Assembly: GCF_963506605.1 (NCBI RefSeq)
Contig: NC_083281.1
Coordinates: 53,568,001 to 53,632,000 of the forward strand
Source: Zootoca vivipara
Lineage: Eukaryota
Direction of reading: 5' to 3'
Length of the DNA stretch: 64,000 nucleotides
This document shows, piece by piece, positions 38,638 through 49,769 of this stretch; position 1 is the stretch's first letter; every line of letters begins with the position of its first letter. Under the pieces are notes generated by a model. The model was not told where the DNA came from. It searched no databases and saw only the letters and a program-made list of their open reading frames with translations. The translations under genes and the position numbers were made by a program.

Positions 38638-38932
38638 CCACGATGGACATTTCAGGAACAGTTGCATGATATGGGCCATCAACAAACTCGGGGGGATTGT
38701 CATTGATGTCTTGGACCTTAATGATGAATTCCGATGGAGGCTCCAGAGGTTTGTTTGTATCCCTATCAACAGCTTGGGCCGTCAATGTATACTCAGCTTT
38801 TTCTTCCCGGTCAAGTCTTTTCATTGCATGAATGTCCCCTGTCTTGTCATTGATCACAAAGATAGTACCAGCTCCATCACCTGATAGGATGTACTTGATA
38901 TTGCTCATTCCAGGGTCCAAGTCTGTGTGTAG
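38638..38932 (-). CDS. CDH8: Cadherin-8 internal coding exon (most of EC1 and start of EC2; probably exon 3)
   Basis: Translates [98 protein letters not shown](G), with LDRE and DINDNPP calcium-binding motifs. Acceptor catttcag|CTA, donor GTGG|gtatgt, 295 bp, phase 0 to 1. [20 protein letters not shown] and [11 protein letters not shown] match recalled CDH8 better than CDH11. Confidence 0.93.
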
Positions 38933-40117
38933 CTGAAATGACAAAGAATCTATTGAGTGATCATTTTTAAAAAAGACACAAAGCAATTAGCTTTTGCATC
39001 AGCACTGCCACATATTTCATTTTAGGTTTATGGATTTGTTTTATTTAAATCAGGTGTAGCCAACATGATGACCTACAGATGTCTTTCCAGCCAGCTGGCC
39101 AATGGTTGAGGGTTATCCAACAGCAATTGGAGGCTACCATGTTAATACAACTGCATAAGGGTGTTCATGTGTTACATTACAGTTTGTGTAAATGTATACA
39201 AACAATAGAGCTGTATTATTCAACAAGCCTATAATCTGTCTACCTGTGTACACAATAGATGAGTTGTAAAAATCAGCCTATGTACATTTTTTCCCACATA
39301 AACACTTCTACATGTGCAGAGACAACTTGTACTTGTGAACAATGTTAGGAGTGAATAGCTGTCATACCACCCAATATGTTCCAGAATGGTGTACAGGAAA
39401 TAGAAACAATGATTTATTTCTATTATAAAACACTACAATATAAAAGACGATGATAGTTTTAGCAAATACTATGAGACAGCAGCTAAAGTAACCAAAATAA
39501 AATCACACAGCAAGCTAAGTCTTTACACAAATCTAAATGTCTTGAAAACGGAAATGTCTTAATCTGGTGACAGGTTTCAAGCATGCCTCTTCAGAAAGGG
39601 TGTTACATAACTGGGGCACCACCACCAAAAAAGTTCTCTTCTTGCTTGTCAAAGGCGGTTTGAGAAGAGCTTCAGAAGAAGATTTCAAAACACAGGGAAA
39701 TGTGCTCTTTCGGGTATTTGGATCCTAGTCACCCAAGGTTTTTATACTAATCTGTTGAATTGGGGCCAGGAGCAAGTAGGTAGCTAGTGCAGATATTTGT
39801 ATACCACCTTTCCAAAGCCATGCTCAAGGCGTCATGCAACATATAAAAATTTACATAACTACAAACATAAACAATAAACAGAACATCAAGAAGTACACAA
39901 CCAAACTGAACAATTTCCACATAAAAAATATAAACCAAAATAAAGATACAAAAAATAACAGCAACAAACAAGCAACAACCCCCTGCACAAAAACACTAAA
40001 TTTGCACTATAGTCCACTAGTGTTCCAGTAGTGGATTTTATGTTGTGTGCAAGCACAAACAGAATGAGGAACTTAACATTGTGAAAATGGAATAAACTGC
40101 CATGTGAATGCAGCCTG

Positions 40118-41040
40118 AGTCATAGTCAATGGTAGCCCTGTGTCTAACGCATTACAGTGATCTGACCAGAAAGTTATCGATGCTGGAATAAGCAACAGCC
40201 TTTAATTAATGCCCATGTTACTGTGGGAAAATCAGCCACTAAATCAGCCACTAAATAGTGTGCCTGGAAAAAGAAAGCAAAGTGGCCTTCCTGAACTGGC
40301 TGCTTTAATGACTCTTTCACTAGCTCGCTTGTTTCAGTTGTGTCCATATATGCCTGTTGTTGGTAAGTAAAAGATATAGCTTAAAGTTTACTGCTACTTC
40401 TCTCTTCAATGCGAAGAGACACTGGAGAGTAGGGATGAGAGGAGCTGTTCACAACAGGATGGAGAGTCTTCCTAGAGTATTCAGCAGCCTGCCTCATCTC
40501 TATCTCCTGATCCCCCTCTTCTCCTGCCTCTGAATCTGGGCAGCCCTCTGCCACAGCCTCTTCCTGCTCACTAAACCCTGTTACTTCTTCACCTTCTGAA
40601 ACCTCCTCCTTCCAGTCTGCTTCCTCTTCTCCCTCTGACCCAGAGGCAAAGCAACCTGTCCCAGGGGGCATGGCGCTCGTCCCAGGGGGCATGCCACTCA
40701 TCCCTGTGGTGGCTCATCCCAGGGGGTGTGGCACGCATCCCTGTGGGCGTGATGCTCATCCCAGGGGGCATGGAGCGCTGCCCGCAGGGGCATGGTGTAC
40801 ATCCTGGGGGCGTGGCGCGCCACCCACGGGGGGAGTACCACCTATCAGGGGGGTTGACATTTTGTCACTCACCTTTGGAATGGTACCCAGAGTGGACCGC
40901 CCCACCCCCCCTCGGAATGCCCACTCATCATTGTCTCACCACCAATCCCGGGCTCTGAGCCTTCTTCCTCTGGGGGTTCCCTTTGAGGTTCCCCAGCTGG
41001 TGCCTCCCACCATTCTTCTGCATCCAGACAGTCCGTGGCA
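40118..41040 (-). mobile_element. Solo-LTR-like element (probably Gypsy) with a nested insertion
   Basis: Minus strand begins TGCCACGGACTGTCTGGATGCAGAAGAATGGTGGGAGG, with a purine-rich GAG/GAA block recalled from squamate LTR-like repeats. Left boundary and TSD are unclear. Confidence 0.5.
40641..40925. repeat. Nested insertion carrying a ~21-bp GC-rich minisatellite (CATCCCAGGGGGCATGGCGCT-like)
   Basis: About 8-9 degenerate units at 40655-40835, interrupting the host sequence. Confidence 0.7.
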
Positions 41041-41399
41041 CTAACACTGTAGTTTATGATTGGGTTAGTTTGGTAAATTGGTTTGCAATACCATGACCTG
41101 TTAAATTTTAATAAATACAACCTTTATCACAGAATGGCATCTCATGAGTCTTCTCATGAGCAGGGGAGGGGAACCTACTCCACAACATTCAGAACATGGA
41201 TTGCTGTGGGCAAACTATCCCAGTCCATTTCTTCCGCCACTAAACACACATATAATGCGTACAAAGAGACGTTTGTTCTTTCATCCAACTTCTACTGATT
41301 CATATCAGAGCTTAAATACAGAAAGAGAGACTCTTTGCATGCATACTGATCAAACCAAATGTGATCAGAAGTGTAATTAGACTTTTTATATATAAAAAC

Positions 41400-41435
<36 letters not shown>

Positions 41436-41440
41436 CACAC
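41400..41440. repeat. (CA)n microsatellite
   Basis: Directly visible. Confidence 0.95.
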
Positions 41441-41511
41441 AGTATTAAGTACTGACGATTTTCTTATTATTATTTCAAGAAAGAGGTTGTGCACCCCCCC
41501 AAAGAGATTCA

Positions 41512-42971
41512 TTTTTTTTTTTTTATAAATACTTTTTAATTAAATTTTCCAATTAAAAAAAAACAATTCAATTATTTCAATTATATCCAATTATACATAT
41601 ACATATCAATTAAGCCAAATATTATGCCAAATCCTTAAAACAATTTTTTTCGACTCCCCATGCTCCAAAGTCCTGGGATTTTAAGCAGCTGTTAACATTG
41701 CCATCCTAATCCTATTGTCAAAATCTTGCTGTTATCCATCATAGTCCCAATCTTTTCAATAATCCTTCTAGATGTTTTCCTCTCTCTTTTATCTTTCGTC
41801 GCAGCTTCTGAGATAAGCATCAAACAAGATTTAACACTGTCCATTTTTCCTGTGTGGATTTTTTATCCAGTCCAACCTCCCCATAAATCTCTCTTAGTCC
41901 AGTATGCCTTTCTTGCCACATCAACAGTCCGACACAAACCAGCGCCATTTTAGGAATCTCGGATTCTATGCACTCTTCTTCCAAACTTCTTATAGATTTT
42001 GCACGAGTCCAGCTTTTGGCGTGGAACAGCTGTTTCACATTATGTATAACCTCTTATGATTGACTTACAGCCTTCCTCGTCCTTCAGCTGGTCCCCGCAC
42101 TCCGAGACTCCCGTTTGGCTGCTACTATCCATCAATTTTCACATACGCCACAACTCAGCGCCATCTTGAGTGCCTCGGGATATACCTTCTTCTTCCAAAC
42201 TGATTATGAACTTAGCGAGAGAACAGCTTTTTAGCGAGGGGCCGTAATTGATTTATAGCTTTCCTCACCTTTCTGCTGAACCCTGCAGTCCGAGACTCCG
42301 ATTAAACCACAATTAGCTCTCAGATTCCAAAGACGCCACAGCTCGTAAATCCCACTCGTCAGCGGCATTCAGGCAATACTGATAAACGTTCCGGGGAGGG
42401 AGGGTTTCCAGTTAAAAAAAACATTTTCTAAAATCATACCAGATGATAATCCTCTATTTAAATAAGATCCAATTCCACACAGTTCATTTCCATTTCTCAT
42501 TTGTCTGAAATAGTCAGGCAGTCCGTCCAGGAAAGTTATATGTACGTCTTAAAATATAAAAGTAGAAAGTTCACTTCCCTTTTCGTTCCGCCCCAGTCAT
42601 TCTTTTCTCTTGATAAAATACTCTCTCGGCTCTTCTCACTCAGAAGCTGATAAAGTCCTGGCAGTATCTTCCTCCCTTTCCTTTGAAGCATGTCCATGGT
42701 TTTAAATCTAATTATTCTTCTTACTCATGGCGTTCGTGCTCGCATGGGCGGCCTCCAGGAGTGCCGGCTCCCATGAGTGCTTAGCCCAGTCCCCCCCACC
42801 CCTTCAGGAATCGGGGTGGGTTAAGGGGCACCCGCGGGCCAGCGGCCCCCCCCGTCACCCCCGGGGGGGTCAGGGGACTGCCTTACTCCCCTGGCAGCCG
42901 CCAAAATTCCTCATGGGAGTCGGGAGCGATGGTACGGGTCAGCCATAACTCCCACGAGCACGAGCGGAAGT
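41512..42971 (-). mobile_element. ~1.46-kb poly(A)-tailed retroelement with a CpG-rich 5' end (L1-related, non-autonomous)
   Basis: Minus strand starts ACTTCCGCTCGTG, has a GC/CpG-rich 5' block (42725-42970), and ends in an AT-rich 3'UTR with ATTAAA and poly(A). No long ORF and no clear TSD. Confidence 0.6.
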
Positions 42972-44504
42972 TTTAAGGACAGTTAAATAAGTATCATCAC
43001 TATTCATATCCTCCTCCCCTGCTCCTGCCATGAAAAAGGAAATATGAAACACAACAGTGGGTTCGCACTGCACAGAGCAATTTATCTCAGTACAAATTGA
43101 ATATGCAGCACTGTATTTCAGCCTTGGGACCCCAGATTTGGATGGACTACAACTCTCATCATCTTTGGCTACTGGGCTAAACTGGCTGTGGATGATGAGT
43201 GTTGTAGTCTGTCCATGCCTGAGGATCCAAATTTGAAGGACACTGAATACAGCATCAAAACATTCCAGTTTTGTTTCCAAAATGGATAAGCACTGAGTGG
43301 GAACCCTCCTTGCGTGTTCATGGCTGGATGGTTAAGTGATAATGCTTCTTGCTAACCTGGGAGGATTAGAAAAATGCATGTGTAGAAACTAGTCTACTGT
43401 ACAATGGTGAAATTTACATTCATTCTTCTCTCCCTAACTTTGCTTCTGGTCTTATCCATCACCGGTATGAAGCCCCCAGAAAGTTGTCCAAGGTGTGTGG
43501 TTTAAATTACTTATACAGATAGATTATGCAATGCTCACAAAGGAGCATTGCAGCAATTCAAAGTTCAAGATGATCTCTAATGTCTGTTTTGGAACCTTTA
43601 TTCCTTTTTATTGAATTGAAATATTTTTTGTATATTTACAATACTGCAAATATTTGTGGCCCTCAGGTTTAAACATGTTTCCCATCCCTAGTGTACCTAT
43701 TTGATTGCAACATGCCCAATGTCTTTAAAAAAACAACTTTTTCCATACAAGAGATGCTTCTGAAATACATGCACACATATTTCATATACCGGTAATCACA
43801 GAGAACTGCTTAAAATATGAGATGGTGGACATGAAATAACAAAAAAGTACAAACCCCTCACTTGATAACCTTCATTTGTCACTGGCTTAGGGTCTGCAAG
43901 GAGCAAAAAATCAAAATATATATTTTCCCTCTTTTTTCCATCAAATACTAGTACCAGACAAAAAATGGTAATCATGCTTTCTCTAGTTTAAAGTAAATGA
44001 TAAATGTGATGTTTACAGAAATCTTTCTTCCCCTTCTTTATAGCAGCTGGCGGCAGTCAAAGATCATCAAGGCAGCTATTTGAAACATTCATGTGCTTTT
44101 TATCTTTAATACAGAAACATTACAATAGATGGCCTAGGCTAAGAAACAAGATGGGTAGATTAGCTCCATACATGGGCCATCATTTGTCACCATCACCCTT
44201 CCTAAAATCTGTGCTATTTTTTTTTAAAAAAAAAGAACAAAAGCTAAATATATTTGAAGTCATTAAGTATAGCAATTTCACCCCCCAAGAAACATTTCTT
44301 TAGTTCTATCAAATATGTATGAGTATGTAAAGTAATTGTCAAGATTCAGAACCCTTTGCTCATGTCAAGGTTAAAGATCATTAAGTTCATAATTATGTGG
44401 GACCATGAGGAATGATGGAGAGAGGATAAATGAATGTGAATTTCCACTGCAGAGACTTCTCAAATAGTAGGAGGTGTGTAAATCTGTTCTCTATAACTTC
44501 AGCA

Positions 44505-44663
44505 NNNNNNNNNNNNNNNNNNNNNNNNNNNNNNNNNNNNNNNNNNNNNNNNNNNNNNNNNNNNNNNNNNNNNNNNNNNNNNNNNNNNNNNNNNNNNNNN
44601 NNNNNNNNNNNNNNNNNNNNNNNNNNNNNNNNNNNNNNNNNNNNNNNNNNNNNNNNNNNNNNN
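44505..44663. other. Assembly gap (N run)
   Basis: Ns. Confidence 1.
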
Positions 44664-45401
44664 TCAGTAACATTATTACAAAGGAAAGTGCTCAGGGTAG
44701 GCTAAAACAATCTGGAAATTCAAAAGAACTGTCTTCCCGAAACCTGTTCAAACTCTTGTTTGTAGATCTATCATATGTTCTTCGCCTATATACCTCAGGT
44801 GGTTTGCTTTCATTATATGGCTATATCAAGGATGGGGAATCTTTTTTTTTCAGCCCAACAGCTACATTCATTTCCAGGCAACCCACACACTAGTGGTAGG
44901 TGTGGCCAGAGGCAAAAGTTTTGTGGAACATTGTTACCTTTGTATATTAGACAAACGTGTGCACGCATTCACACACCCATCTCTATCCAGGGAACCGAGA
45001 GGCATTATCAGAGTTCAAGAACACATTCTATCCAGGCAAAAACACTGGAAGAAGGTATGAAGTAGGGCTGATGAAGGCCTGGGAAGAGGATGTGTGGCCT
45101 GGGATGTATTCAGAGAGCCAGATATTGAGGCCTGGAGTGCCATGTTTGCCCCCCCCCCATCCTTTGGCCTGAGATAACCCACCCCTGTGTTAAACATATG
45201 TGAGCTTCTGAAATGACCTTATACCAAATGAAATACTGTCTGATCTGACAGGCAGTGGCTCATTAGGTTTGCAGGTAGCAGTTTCTCCCAGAACTGTTAC
45301 CTGTGATCCTTTAAATAGTGATGATGGGATAGAACCTGGGAATTTCTGCATGAAGAAACACGTGTTCTACCAATGAGCTATAACCACCCTCTGTTTATAA
45401 A

Positions 45402-45450
45402 CCTCCTCCTCCTCCTCCTCCTCCTCCTCCTCCTCCTCCTCCTCCTCCTC
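45402..45450. repeat. (CCT)n microsatellite
   Basis: Directly visible. Confidence 0.95.
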
Positions 45451-45894
45451 TATCAAAAAACTGTAGTTATGTGAGGAGGAATAGGGGGTCTCCTAAGCAA
45501 CTGTAGCAAACTACAGCTCACAGGATTCTTTGGAGGAAGCCATGACTATTTAATATGGAATGAGACTATTTTAAATGTATAGTACAAATGAGGCCAAAGT
45601 GTAAGCAGGTGAGGCTATGAATTGAGCACAGGAGATGAGGCTAGGGAAATAAGCACTCAGAAGGGTTGACTGATACTGATACTCTAGCAGGGACAGGGCA
45701 TGACATATGAAAGTAGACATCCAGGATAAGGCTGATTTCTAGTTTTCCATGTGAAGTGTGATTTATTCATTATTTTTGTATGGAGGAACATTCCATGACA
45801 GCAGCGTTCATCTGCAGCCTGAAGGGATACATTCAGACAAGGATTATCACTTCAGTGAGAATTGGGCCACAATATTATAGTGGGGTGAAATCAC

Positions 45895-47005
45895 TCAACA
45901 AAAGAGCCTTGCTCCATCTCACCAAAGGGCAATCTTCTTCGGTGTTTTGTTCTCAAAATGGCCAGCAATATGCAGATGAGAAGCAGATGAGTGCAACACC
46001 TATCTCACAACTTGTGATTTCCAGAAACTAGTATTCAGAGGCATACTGCCTCCAACAGTGGAGATGGAACATAGCCATCATGGCTACTGGCAGCTGATCC
46101 TCCTTGAATTTGTCTAATTTTCTCTTTTAAAATAAAACAAATCTGTATTACATTTTTAACACAAGTTCATGAAAAAACCCACAAAGACAAAATGTAATGA
46201 ATAAAAGAAATACATTTATATAAAATAAAGGAGTTGGAAGATGAGAAGATATCAAAGTAAATCAGTTATTACTTGTGTATTCACATCAAGGTTGTTGCTC
46301 TCCCCCAGGAGAACTCATCAGATTTGAGCCAGGTAAGTATGAAGAAAATGATGGGAGGTAAAGTTCATACTATCCAGATGTACATGGAGGTTGCTGGCAG
46401 AGAGCTTCCATGTTCTCTTCAGTTCATGCAATCAATAAAATTGTACTAACAGAAAAGTCTGGTTTACCCTGACCATGAGCTAACCTTAGTCTATGTGTCC
46501 ACATTTCCTTGATTACAATCTGACACACACTACTGTACCATATGTTTCCATTCCCTGGCAATTAATGCCCAAACAGCAATTATCAAGTGCTGAATCAGCT
46601 CTTTAGATGTCTAATCCTCTTTTAAAACCATCCAACTTGTGTGATCTTATAAAGCACTACAGCTTTGGGGATCAGATTTTATGGTTTAGCAATGTGTGGA
46701 GAAGCAGTTTCTTTTGTCTGTCCTGAACCTTCCAACATTCAGCTTCTGAGTACTTGCATTATGGAAGAGGGAGAAAAAGTATATCCTACTTTCTCTGCAC
46801 CTTGCATAATTATCTCTATCTCTATCATGTCTTCTTTCGTTTGCCTTTTTTTCTAAACTGGAAAGCCATAACTGTTATAACCTTTCTGCACAGAAGAGTC
46901 ACTTCCCCCCCCATGAACATCTTAGTTGCCATTTTTTTGAACCTTTTCCAGCACTAGAGTATTCTTTTTGAGATGCCGCAAACCAGAACTGTACACACTA
47001 TACAA
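45895..47005 (-). mobile_element. Old CR1 LINE 3' region interrupted by an L1 fragment
   Basis: ttttctaaactggaaagcc...ttagttgcc...ccagaactgtacacacta is CR1 ORF2 antisense; 3'UTR at 45895-46130. Confidence 0.65.
46133..46607 (-). mobile_element. L1 LINE 3' fragment
   Basis: KELIQHLIIAVWALIAREWK resembles the L1 ORF2 C-terminus; degenerate ~20-bp TSD TGTCTAAT..CTCTTTTAAAA (46111-46132, 46608-46627). Confidence 0.7.
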
Positions 47006-48452
47006 CTATAGTCACCCTACTGTTCTACTTCAGAAAGAAAGCAGGACAGAAATGGTGTCCTTAGAAATAAGAAATAAAGACCCTATAGCTTTTGGAAAAT
47101 GTAACCTGGGGCTTCTGTGTGGAACTTAGAACAAATCAGCAGAACAACCTCCACTCAGCTTTGAGCATTGATCCCATGGAGATCATATAAGCCTCTGTAA
47201 GACCTTTGTTCCTACAGAGCTCCTGGTTGTCATGGAGACACAGTACAAGAGTGGAGACATAATCTATTCTAGAACAGTGTCTCTATGCCAACCAGTCTTA
47301 AACCACCCTTGGCACTCTTATTCTCCCGCTTTCTGACACTTCTCCCCCATTAACAAATATTGACACCACTAATTCATCACCAGATGAATGACTTGTGGGT
47401 AATGCTTATCTCCTGCCTTCTTTTGTGCAACTATCCCTTTCAGTTAAGGCAAAGGTGGACAACCTATGGCCCCCAAGATGTTACCAGACTCCTAACTCCT
47501 ACTAGCTCCAGTCAGCATGGCCAACCATGGAGGACCACTGGTTCCCCATCCCTGAATTAAGGCACACTGGCAGAAGCTGTATAATATTCTAGTCATATTC
47601 ATTCCAACTAGTCTGCCAAGGATTAAACTAGAAGGGAACAGGAGGTGGAGGGAATAAAATGAGTCATATACAGTATGTGGGATTCACAGAAGCCATATAC
47701 ATCCAGCAATTGTTAATCATGCTGGATCCTCGGGGATCCAGCCCTGATCAATGGACTTGATAAAAATGTAAATGTTGTGTATACCATACTGCCACAAATC
47801 TTATTTGTTATTCTGCAGTAATGAATGTGTTTCTATGTTTGGGAGCAGGGAGTTGTCATGACAGTTACACTTATATTTATCACTTCCTGCCTGCATACAT
47901 CACAAGCCCATGATTAAAATCAAGCAATGAACAAGAGTAATTGCATAAACAAATATACTCATAGAAATATGTGTTCAGAGCTCCACAATGTGTGATTGTG
48001 TCTTAAGGTAAGCTTGCAGAGAAAAAAACTGAACTGTAGTTATTGTTTTGAAAGTTCTTTTTGGATGTAACAAGGTTTGCTCAGGAAACTCAGCCACTCA
48101 TTATTCTCCGCAACCCTCAAAGACTCTAAGGGAGGGCATGGGATGGCCTACAAAAGTTCAATTTTGGATATATTTTGAGACCTCCATTTACACACATATA
48201 GCCTATTTTCAGGTGTCCTCCCCCAAATCTGGAGATCAGGGTGCCTTGGGTGTGCAAGCATGACCATTTGGTTGTCCAGATCATCAGTACCTTAACCATT
48301 TTTATAGCCCTATCGGTCTCTTAGTTTTCCTAAACTAAACTAGAAAGTTATACACCCAGAACATCCTGGATACTTAAAACGAAACAAACAAACCCAATAT
48401 ATAGAGGGGCATTGCATTGCCCAAAATATATAGTGGATCCAAGTGTTCTGCA

Positions 48453-48867
48453 TAGAAATGGGGGAGAAAATTTATTCAGCTTGAATTGAACAATGAGCTT
48501 ACCTAATCTACACTTTCTGAAACAATACATAAACTAAAACCACGCCATCATTCAAAATTTGCACTTCTCTGAACTTTGCAAGAAATGTATACAAAAATGA
48601 ATGTAGTGGGGCAAAGTGTGCATAAAATGCATATATTAGTGAAGAATAATATGCAAAGATACTTTATATTATGGGGGATTGCTCTACAAAAAAATACTTA
48701 TAAGGCTAAATTGCATACAAAAATGTGTTTATTAGGATAAATCAGCATTACAATGCTGGTGAATTTTCATGAGGACTTTTTTTTTATCCTTGCAAGCCTA
48801 TGTGAACTGAAGACTGGAAAAATGAGACACTTAGAGGACTCATACTTGATGTATTCTCTCATCCTTA
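48453..48867. mobile_element. AT-rich hAT-like MITE (TAGGGATG family)
   Basis: tagaaatggggg...catcctta; degenerate TSD GTTCTGCA / GTTCTGAG. Confidence 0.72.
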
Positions 48868-49619
48868 GTTCTGAGGCCTCTTGGGAAGTGTTGCATTTTG
48901 GAGACAAGTCGCATTCAACAAGCCCAGAGACACTCCACCTCTAGCTCCCTGGATTCCTTCCCAATTTTCTATGAATGCCAATAAGCCCCAGCTCACTTTC
49001 TAAATATTGAGGGAAGTCAGTGGCTTTTTGCATTCATTTATATACATCACTGCTTCTAGTAATTGTCACACCTTCCTCTTGCTGTGAGCCTTTCCCCAGC
49101 CATCTTTTTATATTATTATTTGTCCAGTGTGACTTCTGTTTCTGCTAGATAGATGAAAAGTCATTAGGTGGCAAAGAGAACTTATCTTAGTGCCACTGGT
49201 GTCTTGTGACACCTGAAGGATGATGGATGTGTTCATCAATGACCCACAGTTTAAATGATCATTTACCAGTATAAGCATTCAAGAGAAGAGGCAGTTCATT
49301 TATTCTCACGAAAGAATTTCTATTGCAATTGCAACTTCAATTCAATATGATCTATTGTTTCCTTCAAGGACCCGCTGGCCCTTTTAATAGCACTGAAGTG
49401 TAAACCTTCACACTCTCTAGAGCATAGCTAGATGGATTGGGGAAGAAATGTACAACTGTGCACACACAAGCAGGTGCACACATACCTGCCCAAGAACTGG
49501 CTTGAATTGATGCCCACATAATGCATGAGAACAACCACGAAATGATGGGCAAATACATCAAATTCTGTTAATAACATAAGAACATAGGATGAGCCCGCAC
49601 ACTTTACCATATGACCCAA

Positions 49620-49769
49620 AAGGAGATGGACTCTCCTTCATTGGGGGTTTGAAGCAGAGGCTGGATGGCCATCTCTCCGGGATTCTATAACTATGATACC
49701 TGCATTGCTGGGGGTTGGACTAGTTGATCCTTGGGGTCCCTTCCAACTCTACAATTCCATGATTCTATG
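49620..49769 (+). mobile_element. CR1 LINE 3' end
   Basis: ggactctccttcattgggggtttgaagcagaggctggatggccatct...ccttccaactctacaattccatgattctatg. Confidence 0.88.

Noticed and set aside
38567-38986. 139-aa ORF read as a stand-alone or truncated soluble cadherin
   Set aside because: Cadherin similarity starts and stops exactly at canonical splice sites; the extensions are intronic read-through with no support for use.
40655-40835. CRISPR-like array
   Set aside because: Eukaryotic context; degenerate head-to-tail units without unique spacers; no cas genes.
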